In this document: piece after piece, positions 9,728 to 19,854 of the stretch | Layout: each line of letters opens with the position of its first letter | Numbering within the stretch: position 1 is the stretch's first letter | DNA from: a virus | Lineage: Duplodnaviria; Caudoviricetes | Length of the DNA stretch: 64,000 bases | IMG/VR virus record: IMGVR_UViG_3300020151_001109 | Span: 35,535 to 99,534 of that record | Reading direction: 5' to 3' (one strand) | The notes under the pieces: model-generated | What the model saw: only the letters and a program-made list of their open reading frames with translations | The model's database searches: none | What the model was told of the DNA's origin: nothing | Translations under genes and position numbers: made by a program

Positions 9728-10947
9728 TGGCTGCAGATAATGAAGTGAGGCTAATATCTCGTGCTATTCGCACTAGAGATATCTCCCCTCTTTTAGAGCG
9801 CGGTGTTGAGAGCAATTGGTTTTTTAATGAGGACAGCAGAGTTATTTGGGATTTCTTAAGAAATCATTGGACTAAGTATCAAGAAGTACCTACAGCAACA
9901 ACGGTTCTAGATAACTTCCCAACTTATAAACTGTTAGCTGTAGACGACTCACTGGATTATTTATTAGATCAATTAATTGAATTTAGAAAACGCCAAAAGT
10001 CTATTGAAGTTGTACAACAAGCTGCAGATGCTATCGCTGTTGGTGATCACAACTCTGCAATTAAAATTATGGGCCAGGGCTTTGCAACCCTTATAGATGA
10101 AGGATCATATTCCCCAACTGAAATTGATTTGACTAAAGATGCTATGGGTCGTTACCAAGAGTATCTAGATATTAAAACTCGTCCTAACGGTCTACTCGGT
10201 CTTGCTACAGGATTCCAGGTTATGGATATGGCTACAGCAGGATTACAGCCAGGACAACTTGTAACTATCATTGCCCCACCAAAGACCGGTAAATCTGTAC
10301 TTGCAATGCAGATGGCCGTTAACGTACATAATGACGGCTTTGTCCCTATGTTCCAGTCTTTCGAGATGAGTAACCTTGAGCAACAGCATCGTCACGACGC
10401 TATGCGAGCGCACATATCTCATGGTCGTATGGTTCGTGGAGCACTTAATCCTTCTGAGGAAACGCGCTATCAAAAGATGCTCACCGATATGGAAGGCATG
10501 CACAAGTTTTATCTAACCGAATCTATATCCGGCGCAACAGTTTCTCAGTTAGCCATAAAGCTTGAGAAGCTTCGCCCGCAGATCTTGTTTGTAGACGGTG
10601 TGTATTTGATGTTTGACGAGATAAGTCAAGAACGCGGAACACCGCTTGCTCTTAAGAACATTACTCAGTCAATGAAACGTTTAGCTCAGAAATATTCAAT
10701 ACCAATTGTTCAGAGCACACAGGTTTTAAGTTATAAGATGAAGAAAGGCCAGGTAACCGCTGACTCTATTGGTTACTCATCTTCCTTCCACCAAGACTCT
10801 GACGTTATCTTTGCTCTGCAGAGACAAGATGAAGAAGATGACAGCTCTCGTTTGCTAAGGATTGTTGCAAGCCGTAATTGTGGCCCAGCGGAGGTTGAAT
10901 TGCTTTGGGATTGGGAAGAGGGGAAGTTTCAAGAATATGGAGCTTAA
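9727..10947 (+). CDS. dnaB: Replicative DNA helicase DnaB-like
   Basis: GLQPGQL, APPKTGKS, SFEMS, LFVDGVYLM, QDSDVI motifs. Confidence 0.95.
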   Translation: MAADNEVRLISRAIRTRDISPLLERGVESNWFFNEDSRVIWDFLRNHWTKYQEVPTATTVLDNFPTYKLLAVDDSLDYLLDQLIEFRKRQKSIEVVQQAADAIAVGDHNSAIKIMGQGFATLIDEGSYSPTEIDLTKDAMGRYQEYLDIKTRPNGLLGLATGFQVMDMATAGLQPGQLVTIIAPPKTGKSVLAMQMAVNVHNDGFVPMFQSFEMSNLEQQHRHDAMRAHISHGRMVRGALNPSEETRYQKMLTDMEGMHKFYLTESISGATVSQLAIKLEKLRPQILFVDGVYLMFDEISQERGTPLALKNITQSMKRLAQKYSIPIVQSTQVLSYKMKKGQVTADSIGYSSSFHQDSDVIFALQRQDEEDDSSRLLRIVASRNCGPAEVELLWDWEEGKFQEYGA

Positions 10948-11200
10948 TATTGAGTATTCAGACTATCCGTTTAACGGAACTCAGCTATGTAATGATTTAA
11001 ATTCTAATCTTTTCTTTCCTGAGGAGTACACCGACCCAGAGGCACTTAGAGAAGCTAAAAGCATTTGTTCTTCTTGTCCGCTCGTTAATCAATGCCTGGA
11101 GTACGCCATAAAGACTCCGTGGCTAGACGGAATTTGGGGCGGAACCACTCCTCGTCAAAGAATACGAATGCGTGGAGCTAAAAATAGGGCTAATAGATGA
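10937..11200 (+). CDS. whiB: WhiB family transcription factor (copy 1)
   Basis: C..LFFP..AKSICSSCP...CLEYA...GIWGGTTPRQR; ATG at 10937. Confidence 0.92.
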   Translation: MELNIEYSDYPFNGTQLCNDLNSNLFFPEEYTDPEALREAKSICSSCPLVNQCLEYAIKTPWLDGIWGGTTPRQRIRMRGAKNRANR

Positions 11201-11415
11201 GTAAATCCTTTAGGCAATTAAAGCCTGATTACACAGGGACTATGGAATACGAAAATGTCGTATGCCACGAATGCCCCCATTGTGAATCTAATCTTTGGCG
11301 CATACACGCCAGTTTTGACGATTACGAGATATCGCAGTATCTTTTAGACATGGAGTGCGCAATTTGTGGTACATACGCAAAAGCTCCAACGCCGTTAGAT
11401 AGGGGAAATATATGA
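11197..11415 (+). CDS. Zinc-ribbon protein
   Basis: CPHC...CAICGT; ATGA coupling. Confidence 0.65.
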   Translation: MSKSFRQLKPDYTGTMEYENVVCHECPHCESNLWRIHASFDDYEISQYLLDMECAICGTYAKAPTPLDRGNI

Positions 11416-11687
11416 GTCCAGAAATAGTTACGCTAGAGCATTCAGATATGGTCTTTAAACGCGCCCATTCTAAAGGGTCTTGTAGAGGCCCATACTGCAC
11501 AATCCATAATCGTTCTGATCATCACATGCGATCATTCCCTCAAATTTGGAATCCCATGATTTTCTGTATGCAACGCGTATGTTCTCACGGAGTAGGCCAT
11601 CCGGATCCAGATGAAATCAATAACGATATTGTCGTCAAAATAGATCATGAGACGAACTGTTGTGGTTGCTGTGTACCGCGAGGGTGA
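11412..11687 (+). CDS. Cys/His-rich hypothetical protein
   Basis: CTIH..SDHHM, RVCSHGVGHPDPD, CCGCC. Confidence 0.6.
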   Translation: MSPEIVTLEHSDMVFKRAHSKGSCRGPYCTIHNRSDHHMRSFPQIWNPMIFCMQRVCSHGVGHPDPDEINNDIVVKIDHETNCCGCCVPRG

Positions 11688-12660
11688 AGTTCAAAAAGCT
11701 CTTTTAAAGCTTGGCATAGACTGCTCAGAGGTTCGCAATGAACTACAGGGCCACTGTCCTTTACACAAAGAGCGTACCGGCAGAGAAGATATAAACCCTT
11801 CTTGGTCCATGAATCAAGAGACCGGTGTTCATCACTGTTTTTCTTGCGGATACCGGGGAACACTTTTAAGTCTGGTAGCCGAGTTAAAAGAGTTTAAGAC
11901 TTCTTTCGGTTTATTAGATTTTGAGGCGGCAAAGGGCTGGCTTACTTCTCATGTAGATGTTGACTTAGCTCAGCTAGTACGTCAAATGGAAGATGCAAAA
12001 AACAGTTATGTACGTTTACGTCAACCGGTTGCTATGGGTGAAGCAAGATTAGCTGTGTTCACTGATCCTATAGATTCCGCGTTATCTGCGCGAGGATTAA
12101 CTCTTGAGGCCTGTAAAACTTACTCAGTTAAGTGGGATAACAAAAAATCTATCTGGATTATTCCCATAAGAAATGCTGATACCGGAGGATTAATGGGTTG
12201 GCAGGAAAAAGGTCAGGGACACAAGCATTTCTTTAACCGACCACCGGGAATACAAAAATCTAAAACTTTGTTTGGAATAACGGAGTGGGCTGGCCCAACT
12301 ATGGTTGTTGTCGAATCCCCATTAGATGCCGTCAAGGTGGGGGTCTGTCGAAATTCGACAGAGGGCGTCGCTTTGTGTGGTGTTACGGTAAGCGCAGCTC
12401 AGATAGATATAATGAAGCGAGCAGATAAACTCATACTAGCTTTTGATAACCCCAACGTTGATTCTGCAGGCAAAGCCGCTCTTGAGGCTTTTGTAGCCGT
12501 AGCTAGAAGCAATGGGATTGAGTTTTGGGCGTTTAACTATGGGGACTCAACCGCTAAAGATATTGGAGAAATGACCCCAGATGAGGTAGTATTTGGAATA
12601 GAGCATGCAACGCATTGCGTTATGTTGAGGGGATCATTAAATGTCAAAAGTAGGAACTAA
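11647..12660 (+). CDS. dnaG: DNA primase (CHC2 zinc finger + TOPRIM)
   Basis: CPLH...HCFSC; VVESPLDA; LAFDN..D.AG; KDIG. Confidence 0.9.
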   Translation: MRRTVVVAVYREGEVQKALLKLGIDCSEVRNELQGHCPLHKERTGREDINPSWSMNQETGVHHCFSCGYRGTLLSLVAELKEFKTSFGLLDFEAAKGWLTSHVDVDLAQLVRQMEDAKNSYVRLRQPVAMGEARLAVFTDPIDSALSARGLTLEACKTYSVKWDNKKSIWIIPIRNADTGGLMGWQEKGQGHKHFFNRPPGIQKSKTLFGITEWAGPTMVVVESPLDAVKVGVCRNSTEGVALCGVTVSAAQIDIMKRADKLILAFDNPNVDSAGKAALEAFVAVARSNGIEFWAFNYGDSTAKDIGEMTPDEVVFGIEHATHCVMLRGSLNVKSRN

Positions 12661-12763
12661 AGGGTATTGCAGTGATTGCGGTGATTGGGCAACGGACTGT
12701 AAGACACTAATTATAGCCAGCATCCCAGAAAAAGTTTGTAAGAATTGCAGGGATAAGCGATGA
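12641..12763 (+). CDS. 40-aa zinc-binding microprotein (not in ORF track)
   Basis: MSKVGTKGYCSDC...VCKNCRDKR; GAGGGG SD; ATGA overlap with next gene. Confidence 0.55.
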   Translation: MSKVGTKGYCSDCGDWATDCKTLIIASIPEKVCKNCRDKR

Positions 12764-13293
12764 TTATTGGGCTTACCGGTTACGCTCAGTCTGGAAAAGA
12801 CTCCGTAGCAAACATCCTTGTAGAGAATTACGGGTATCAACGAATCGCTTTTGCTGACCCCATACGTGACCTATTATATGCCACCAATCCAATGCTTAAA
12901 GAAGGGTATAGAGTTAAGGGATTGGTTGACGTATACGGGTGGGACAGAGTTAAAGTCGATTATCCCGAAGCTCGACGCCTTCTTCAAGAATTAGGTGTTG
13001 GTGCCCGTAAAGTTTTTGGTGATATGTTCTGGGTAAAACAAGCTCTACGCCAACTTGAAGTTGAGGGTAACTTTGTAATAACAGACGTTAGATATCCAAA
13101 TGAAGCTAAAGCAATCAGGGAACATCAAGGCTCTCAAATTTGGCGTGTAAAGCGTTCCGGTGTTGATGCTGTAAACTCTCATGATTCCGAATCCGCTATG
13201 GATGGGGAAAAGGTCGACCAGATCTTCGTTAATAACGGAACTTTGGAAGATCTCAAAGTTTTAATTAATACAAGAATGCGAGCATACATATGA
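12760..13293 (+). CDS. Deoxynucleoside monophosphate kinase
   Basis: IIGLTGYAQSGKD, FADPIR, RRLLQELG, VITDVRYPNE, HDSE. Confidence 0.92.
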   Translation: MIIGLTGYAQSGKDSVANILVENYGYQRIAFADPIRDLLYATNPMLKEGYRVKGLVDVYGWDRVKVDYPEARRLLQELGVGARKVFGDMFWVKQALRQLEVEGNFVITDVRYPNEAKAIREHQGSQIWRVKRSGVDAVNSHDSESAMDGEKVDQIFVNNGTLEDLKVLINTRMRAYI

Positions 13294-13529
13294 TTATGGA
13301 GTATGGGTCTTGGGTCCTAGCCGTTATAGGTGTTGCTGGAATTTATTTTGTTGGGCGTAAAACTATCTGGGGATGGCTAGTTCTTCTTTTTAATGAGGTT
13401 TTGTGGATTGGGTATGCATTAACTACTGACCAGTACGGCTTTATTTTCTCTGCTCTTGCCTACGCTCTTGTTTATATCAGATCTTATATTCACTGGTCTA
13501 AAGACAGAGTTAACGAGATTCCGTTGTGA
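13290..13529 (+). CDS. PnuC-like small membrane protein
   Basis: Three TM segments with GW....NEVLW..Y.....QYGF pattern. Confidence 0.55.
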   Translation: MIMEYGSWVLAVIGVAGIYFVGRKTIWGWLVLLFNEVLWIGYALTTDQYGFIFSALAYALVYIRSYIHWSKDRVNEIPL

Positions 13530-15145
13530 CCTTTACAGGAACTCTTCTACCGTATCAAGTAGATGCCGTAGACGCGATGATTGCTCGTAAAAAGATGCTC
13601 GTCGCATATGATTTAGGGCTAGGAAAGACAGTGTTAACTATCTCTGCTATAGAATCGCTTAAGGATAGCGGTTCAATCCGGGAGCCGGGAGTTATAATCT
13701 GTCTTTCCAGCCTTAAGTATCAGTGGGCTGATCAAATCAGGAAGTTTACAGATGGATCTGCAACACCTTTGGTTATTGACGGAACGCCGAAACAGCGAGC
13801 TGAACAATATCAGCAAGCCCTCGACTGGGGGCATACACTCGTTGATTACGTCATTATTAACTACGAGCAAGTTGTTAACGACTGGGAGTATGTACGACAG
13901 CTCGCTACGGGATTCATTGTCTGTGACGAAGCAACCGCAATCAAAAGCTTTAGATCCAAACGTTCCAAGTACGTAAAAAAACTTGAAAGCCCCGTTAAGT
14001 TTGCTCTTACTGGTACACCGGTTGAAAACGGAAAACCAGAAGAGCTTTACTCTATTATGCAGTTCGTTGACGCAAAGGTCCTAGGTAGATTTGATCTTTT
14101 TGACTCCACGTTTATTATTAGAAATAAATTTGGCGGGGTAGAACGCTACCGGAATCTACCGCTACTAAACAAAACCCTATTAAATGCCTGCGTAAGAAAG
14201 AAACAGTCTGACCCTGATGTGTCCCCTTTCTTGCCGGAGACTATTCACTCTGAGCCCATATATGTTCAATTTGATCGGGCTGGAAGAAAACTTTATACCC
14301 ACATAGTTAGAGACCTTCTGCTTAATCTAGAAGAGGCCCTAGATACTTTTGGAACCTCGTTTAACATATTTTCTCATTACGGTCAGCAAAGCGATCAAGG
14401 TGGGCATATGGATGAGCTTAGGGGTTTAATAATGTCAAAGATGACGTGTCTACGGCTTCTTTGCGATGACCCACAGCTACTAGCACTCAGCGCAAACAAG
14501 TTTGAAGACGGCGCAGTCGTGGTTGACGGTAACACTATAAACATACCGGGATTCCACGGAGGATCAGGATACGCAGCAGAGTTAAAAACTCTGGGGCTTT
14601 TAGACGGGTTAAAATCAAGTCCTAAATTGACAGTATTAAAGCAGTACGTTGAGGACTTCTTGTCTCAGTATGATGGAAACAAGATAGTGATCTTTTCAAG
14701 TTTTGTTGGTATGACTAAGCTTATACAAGAATGCTTACCTTATGAGTCAGTTACCTATACCGGTCAACTTAATGCTAAACAAAAAGAAGAAGCAAAAGAG
14801 AAGTTTCAAACAGACCCTAATTGCCGTTTGTTTATATCCTCTGATGCGGGAGGCTACGGGGTAGACTTGCCTCAAGCCAATCTACTTATTAACTATGATT
14901 TACCTTGGAATGCCGGGTTAGCCGTACAAAGAAATGGTAGAATTAAGCGAGCATCCAGCACTTGGAAAAAGATTGTAATTCAGGATATCCTTATGGAGAA
15001 TTCTCTAGAACAACGCCAAAGAGAGATGTTAATACAGAAAACTGCCATATCTGATGCGGTATTGGATGGGCAGGGCATAAATGATCGGGGCGGAGTTACC
15101 CTCTCAGTAGGCACACTTCGAGCTTTTCTGCAAGTCAATAGCTAA
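13526..15145 (+). CDS. SNF2-family helicase
   Basis: DLGLGKT, DEAT, LTGTPVEN, GVDL, YDLPWN, QRNGRIKR. Confidence 0.92.
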   Translation: MTFTGTLLPYQVDAVDAMIARKKMLVAYDLGLGKTVLTISAIESLKDSGSIREPGVIICLSSLKYQWADQIRKFTDGSATPLVIDGTPKQRAEQYQQALDWGHTLVDYVIINYEQVVNDWEYVRQLATGFIVCDEATAIKSFRSKRSKYVKKLESPVKFALTGTPVENGKPEELYSIMQFVDAKVLGRFDLFDSTFIIRNKFGGVERYRNLPLLNKTLLNACVRKKQSDPDVSPFLPETIHSEPIYVQFDRAGRKLYTHIVRDLLLNLEEALDTFGTSFNIFSHYGQQSDQGGHMDELRGLIMSKMTCLRLLCDDPQLLALSANKFEDGAVVVDGNTINIPGFHGGSGYAAELKTLGLLDGLKSSPKLTVLKQYVEDFLSQYDGNKIVIFSSFVGMTKLIQECLPYESVTYTGQLNAKQKEEAKEKFQTDPNCRLFISSDAGGYGVDLPQANLLINYDLPWNAGLAVQRNGRIKRASSTWKKIVIQDILMENSLEQRQREMLIQKTAISDAVLDGQGINDRGGVTLSVGTLRAFLQVNS

Positions 15146-15155
15146 GGAGTCACGC

Positions 15156-15299
15156 ATGCCTAATCTACCTAAAACCCCTACCCGCACAATCCGGGTTGCC
15201 CCAGAACTTTGGTCTGCCGTAAAGGAAAAAGCCGCTATAGAGGGCCGAACCGTTACAGACGTAATTATCACTGCCTTGAAGGATTATGTAGCTAAATAG
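15156..15299 (+). CDS. Ribbon-helix-helix DNA-binding protein, 47 aa (not in ORF track)
   Basis: TPTRTIRVAPELWSAVKEKAAIEGRTVTDVIITALKDY; AAGGAG SD. Confidence 0.75.
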   Translation: MPNLPKTPTRTIRVAPELWSAVKEKAAIEGRTVTDVIITALKDYVAK

Positions 15300-15305
15300 G
15301 TCTCA

Positions 15306-15314
15306 TGCTACACT
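15306..15314 (+). promoter_or_regulatory. Extended -10 promoter TGCTACACT, probably leaderless
   Basis: TGnTAnnnT with a 6-nt spacer before ATG 15321. Confidence 0.45.
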
Positions 15315-15320
15315 AACCCT

Positions 15321-15464
15321 ATGAAATTGCTGGGGTTAGAAATACGCAGGGTGCCGCCTCTCCGAGGAAGGCTTGAAACCGTGTCCTGCTATCGTTGCGC
15401 CCAAACCTTTCAAGTATCTAAATCTAATCTTAGGGTCTATAACTACTGCTCTTCCTGCAAGTAA
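15321..15464 (+). CDS. 47-aa zinc-ribbon microprotein (not in ORF track)
   Basis: CYRC...YCSSCK. Confidence 0.5.
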   Translation: MKLLGLEIRRVPPLRGRLETVSCYRCAQTFQVSKSNLRVYNYCSSCK

Positions 15465-15541
15465 ACCCCCAATCTTCCAGTTTTGATTTGTCGTACCCGT
15501 GTGTTAGGGTGTACCTACACATACTCTAAAGGAGGGTACAC

Positions 15542-15985
15542 ATGGCAACAATAGAGCCGCCATCAAGAGCAGTACGCATAGAAACTAATTCATTAATGGC
15601 CCAAGTACGTGAGTTTATTGGGTTTAAGAAACGCATTGATGATTTAACAAAGCAACAGTCCGTAATTAAAGTTGAATTAATGGATCTTGTTGAGCAAGAA
15701 GGAATTGAAGATGACAAAGGCCATTTTTGGTTAGAACTTCCAGAAGAAGTTGAGGGTTATGTTTCTTTACAACGTCAGCGCCGAGCTTCTCAAAAAATTA
15801 ATACAGAAGTAGCGCTTCACTTACTTAAAGCTAGAGGATTAGCAGATCGTTGCATCAAGACTATTGAAGTTGTAGATGAAGACGAAATTATGGCGTGTCT
15901 ATATGAAGATTTGTTATCTGAAAAAGACATAGATGATATGCTTACCCGCACTGTTACCTGGGCATTCGTGCCAAGTAAGAAGTAG
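15542..15985 (+). CDS. Conserved phage hypothetical protein (coiled coil)
   Basis: Strong AAGGAGG SD; replication-block context. Confidence 0.65.
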   Translation: MATIEPPSRAVRIETNSLMAQVREFIGFKKRIDDLTKQQSVIKVELMDLVEQEGIEDDKGHFWLELPEEVEGYVSLQRQRRASQKINTEVALHLLKARGLADRCIKTIEVVDEDEIMACLYEDLLSEKDIDDMLTRTVTWAFVPSKK

Positions 15986-15987
15986 CC

Positions 15988-16176
15988 ATGAAAGAAATGC
16001 GAATTAAAAATGTCTGGGTTCAAACAGGCTTTTATAGAAAAAGCTTTGGGCTTGGAGTATTTATATCTAGCATCCAGTGTTCATTAGATCTAGGAATATT
16101 TTTTATACAAATAGAATTGCCGGCACGTCCATCCCGTCGACTAAAGAAATATGAGAAGCAATCTAAAAATGGCTGA
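15988..16176 (+). CDS. Hypothetical protein
   Basis: Fills gap in operon. Confidence 0.45.
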   Translation: MKEMRIKNVWVQTGFYRKSFGLGVFISSIQCSLDLGIFFIQIELPARPSRRLKKYEKQSKNG

Positions 16177-16633
16177 TGATGTTATAGACTCTATGTTTAA
16201 TGGCTTGGGGGATTATTACCCAGGATCAAAACGTAAACGTAAGTCGATTGACCCTGCTAAAAAGAAAGAATTACCAAAAGAAGGCTGGGACGCTAAACCC
16301 CAGGTAAAGACTCTTCCAAATGGTAAGACTATCGAGTTGTATAGTGCCGGATCTCTTTGCGAAGCATTGAAGAGGCCCCTAGTTACTATACGTCTTTGGG
16401 AGCGCAAGGGGTATATTCCCCGAGCCCCATACAGGCTTAGATCTATCGTCGTAGACGGTAAGAAAAAACCTGGGTGGAGAATGTATAGTCGTGCTATTAT
16501 TGAGTCCACAATACAAAGCTTTCAATCCCGGGGTCTTATAGACTCTAAGAGGATTGATTGGAATCGACATCCAGATCTTTCAATTGAATTATTGGAAAAC
16601 TGGACTAAGATTCATGAAAACGAAACCAACTAA
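16169..16633 (+). CDS. MerR-like HTH DNA-binding protein
   Basis: YSAGSLCEALKRPLVTIRLWERKGYIP...WRMYS. Confidence 0.7.
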   Translation: MADDVIDSMFNGLGDYYPGSKRKRKSIDPAKKKELPKEGWDAKPQVKTLPNGKTIELYSAGSLCEALKRPLVTIRLWERKGYIPRAPYRLRSIVVDGKKKPGWRMYSRAIIESTIQSFQSRGLIDSKRIDWNRHPDLSIELLENWTKIHENETN

Positions 16634-16636
16634 CCT

Positions 16637-17365
16637 ATGGCAAATGGCTATGGCAATATGAAAGGAAACACCGTGTCACAAGCACCTAATGTCTCTTCTT
16701 ATCTAGGAGCAGACCCAGTATCACCAGTAATGACCGAAGTAGAAGAAGATCTGTTTATTGAGGACAGCGAATCTGATTTTCCAGATCGCTCCTCTGTTAT
16801 TCAAACGGGATGGGCCGCAGCAAAGCGTGCAGTTTCCGAAGCAAGCAAATCATTCACAACTGATTTTCGGTTTGATGAAGATGTGCAGTTAGTAAAATTC
16901 CTTTCCGCAGAACCAATGAGCTTTTTGCAACACTGGGTAAATCGTCCAGGCAAGAAGTCTTTTGTTGGTTGGGATAACGATCCGCTATCTCGTGTTGGAA
17001 ATAAGCCTGAGCGCAAGTTTGCATTCAGTGTTGTTAACCTCTCTGATGAAGTTCCTCAGATTCAACTTATGACTGTTGGCGTACGTTTGTGCGGACAACT
17101 CGAGAAGTTAAATGCTGATAAGAAAATTGGACCTATTGATCGTGCCGATATTTATTGGGCGGTTAGCAAGTCCGGTATTGGAACAAAAACTTCATACTCA
17201 ATCATGCCAGTCAAAGAACGCGACTTGGCAGAGGACTGGGATCTTGATCCCGTTACCCTCTCTAGTGTAATTTCTAAAATGAAGCCTCTAGGACCTGATG
17301 CACTCCGTGTATCGACTGGTGCTGAGCTTGAAGAAATTGCGAGAGAACTGCTGGCTGGCCAGTAA
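16637..17365 (+). CDS. Putative single-stranded DNA-binding protein (gp32-like)
   Basis: VKFL....QHWV, VSKSGIGTKTSYSI motifs; directly upstream of DNA polymerase. Confidence 0.55.
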   Translation: MANGYGNMKGNTVSQAPNVSSYLGADPVSPVMTEVEEDLFIEDSESDFPDRSSVIQTGWAAAKRAVSEASKSFTTDFRFDEDVQLVKFLSAEPMSFLQHWVNRPGKKSFVGWDNDPLSRVGNKPERKFAFSVVNLSDEVPQIQLMTVGVRLCGQLEKLNADKKIGPIDRADIYWAVSKSGIGTKTSYSIMPVKERDLAEDWDLDPVTLSSVISKMKPLGPDALRVSTGAELEEIARELLAGQ

Positions 17366-17378
17366 CTCTCGATTCCCC

Positions 17379-17429
17379 GGTTGGGGAGTTTTGCTGTTTT
17401 TGCCTCCTTCTTGGCAGAACTCCCCAACC
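17379..17429 (+). terminator. Long intergenic hairpin (terminator or processing site)
   Basis: GGTTGGGGAGTTTTGC / GCAGAACTCCCCAACC inverted repeat. Confidence 0.55.
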
Positions 17430-17449
17430 TCTACACTAAGGAGGTAGAT

Positions 17450-19429
17450 ATGAATATAATAACTACGAAGGATAAGTTACAAGATCTTGTTGATCACTAT
17501 AGTGACAAGCCTGCGTTTGCTTTTGACGTAGAAACTATGGGCGATCATCGAGGAGATCCACGACAGAATCGCGTTGTTTGGATAGCTTTAGCAACAGATG
17601 ATCGTGTAGACGTTATACCTATGGGTCACCCAAATGGTAATTTTCTACGCACTGATTTTCCCCTATTACCTTCTGCTATTGCTAGACAAGAGAGTGGGAT
17701 GGAACTTCGTCCTCAGGATTATAGTAAAGACGAAAAGAAGGCTACTAAGGTCTTCACAGCACCTCCAGAGCAACTAACTCCGGCAGAGGTATTCTCAGCT
17801 CTTAAACCTTTACTTAACAGTTCTAAGGTAAAGGTTGGACACAACTTAAAATTTGATTTACAGAGCGTAACAAAGTATAATAAGTCCCTTCCCTTAGGGC
17901 CCTTCTTCTGCACCTTAAACGCCGCATTTATTCTAGATAATAGAAACCGAATATCCCTAGGACTTGACGATTGCCTAAAGCGTGAGTTTGGGTACGAAAT
18001 GGTCAAGGGTGTTGGAAAAGAAATTGAAGCTTATTCTTTTGGTGAGGTGGCTACCTATGCCGCATTAGATGCTGAGTGGACTTGGAAACTTTATAAGTCC
18101 TATGAAGAAAAGCTTAAGGTTGACGGCCTAACCCCAATATTTAATTTAGAGATGGATGTTTTAAACGTCATTTGCCACATGGAATTACGTGGCGCAGACA
18201 TAGATGTTGAGCAGTTAGCGGAATTAAAAGATGATCTAGAGGGTCAGATTGAAGACACCCGTGGAAAGATCTTTGCTTTAGCTAAGCGCCCCTTTAACTT
18301 AAACTCTGTTCCAGAAAAACAAGAGATTCTGTTTACTCCTAGAAAAGATGGGGGTAGGGGTCTTAAACCAAAACTTATGACACCCGCAGGAGAGAAACGC
18401 TCTTCTGACCCTAATTACGTGTCAAACTTTAGGGACTATTCCGTATCGGAGCCCGCACTAGATGCTTTCCGAGGAAGAGACTCACTTGTAGATCAGTTAC
18501 TTATTTACTCTGATTTAAATAAGCTTATGACTACTTATGTAATTCCTTACCTTGGTGGGGATATTACTCGCACATTAGCCGGTAAATCAAAGACGGTTGT
18601 TAAAGAGAGCATTATGTATAGAGACAGAATCCATACAGACTTCGTCCAGTATGGCGCAGAGACTGGCCGTTTCTCTAGTAGAAATCCAAATTTGCAGAAT
18701 GTTCCCGCACCCCACACTAAAAATGGTAAAGCTATTAGAAACTTATTTATTGCTCCTGAGGGACATAAGCTTATAGTTGCAGACTACTCTCAAATTGAGC
18801 CTAGAGTAATTGCTAGTTTTAGTGGTGACCGGGTTATGGTAGAGGCGTATAAAAATGGAGAAGACATATATACGACTATTGGAAATACTATGGGCGTAGA
18901 TCGAAAAGCCGGAAAGGTTCTTGTTCTTTCTCTAGCCTATGGTGTTGGTCCAGATAAGATTGCTAAAGAGATAGGTTGTAGCTTAAATGAGGCAAAGAAC
19001 TTATTAGATATGTTTATCAGGAAGTTTCCCGCTGTTGCTAGGTATAAGAGGCAAGTTGTCTCTGAGTGTCGCCGTCAAATACCTATTCCATACGTAAGCA
19101 CCCTTTTAAAGCGTAGACGTTACTTGCCGGAGCTTAGAGCAAAAGATCAGTGGGCTAGGGCTAGAGCAGAGCGTCAAGCATTCAATACGATGATTCAAGG
19201 ATCTGCTGCAGATTTAATTAAGGTTGCTATGGTTAGAGCACAAGCTTTGCTTCCTAAAGAGGCGAGCCTAATATTAACCGTACACGATGAGTTGGTTGTA
19301 GTAACCCCAGATCATCTGGCCGAAGTATCCACTGCCGCCGTAAGAGAGGCTATGGAGGGTATAAATGTGCTGTCAGTACCTTTAATTGCAGATGTTACAC
19401 TTGTCTCTCGTTGGGGAGAGGCAAAATAA
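17450..19429 (+). CDS. polA: DNA polymerase family A (3'-5' exonuclease + polymerase)
   Basis: FDVET, HNLKFD, TGRFSSRNPNLQN, ADYSQIE, IQGSAAD, VHDE; ATG 17450 after AAGGAGG. Confidence 0.97.
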   Translation: MNIITTKDKLQDLVDHYSDKPAFAFDVETMGDHRGDPRQNRVVWIALATDDRVDVIPMGHPNGNFLRTDFPLLPSAIARQESGMELRPQDYSKDEKKATKVFTAPPEQLTPAEVFSALKPLLNSSKVKVGHNLKFDLQSVTKYNKSLPLGPFFCTLNAAFILDNRNRISLGLDDCLKREFGYEMVKGVGKEIEAYSFGEVATYAALDAEWTWKLYKSYEEKLKVDGLTPIFNLEMDVLNVICHMELRGADIDVEQLAELKDDLEGQIEDTRGKIFALAKRPFNLNSVPEKQEILFTPRKDGGRGLKPKLMTPAGEKRSSDPNYVSNFRDYSVSEPALDAFRGRDSLVDQLLIYSDLNKLMTTYVIPYLGGDITRTLAGKSKTVVKESIMYRDRIHTDFVQYGAETGRFSSRNPNLQNVPAPHTKNGKAIRNLFIAPEGHKLIVADYSQIEPRVIASFSGDRVMVEAYKNGEDIYTTIGNTMGVDRKAGKVLVLSLAYGVGPDKIAKEIGCSLNEAKNLLDMFIRKFPAVARYKRQVVSECRRQIPIPYVSTLLKRRRYLPELRAKDQWARARAERQAFNTMIQGSAADLIKVAMVRAQALLPKEASLILTVHDELVVVTPDHLAEVSTAAVREAMEGINVLSVPLIADVTLVSRWGEAK

Positions 19430-19854
19430 TGGGCTTGTTTAAGAAAAAGAAAAAGATAACTAAGATACTTAATATATCTATGCCTACCTTAATTCGTGAA
19501 GCAATATTTGATTCCATATTTGACGACGTTGCCGCACTAGGCGCTTCCATGGGCTTACCACCAATCTCAGATGAGGTGGCTGATATGGAAGAGCAAGCAA
19601 GTCAAAAGCGCCTTGAGCGTTTCTCAAACCTTTTGCCTTTAATCGAGGCACACGCAGATATTGCGGCAAGGATTGCTGCAGCTGCTTATGAACTTGAGAT
19701 GTTAGGGGAGCACCCTGAAAGCAAGCCTTTGATTGAGGAAGACTTAATCCATATTATAGAGTTGTTTAAGATTGTCTCGCTATCATCCTCTATATCTGTA
19801 ATATCAACCCTTATTAATTTAGATCTATTAGAAACAGGAGTAAAAGATGAGTAA
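19429..19854 (+). CDS. Hypothetical protein
   Basis: TAATG coupling to polA. Confidence 0.6.
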   Translation: MGLFKKKKKITKILNISMPTLIREAIFDSIFDDVAALGASMGLPPISDEVADMEEQASQKRLERFSNLLPLIEAHADIAARIAAAAYELEMLGEHPESKPLIEEDLIHIIELFKIVSLSSSISVISTLINLDLLETGVKDE

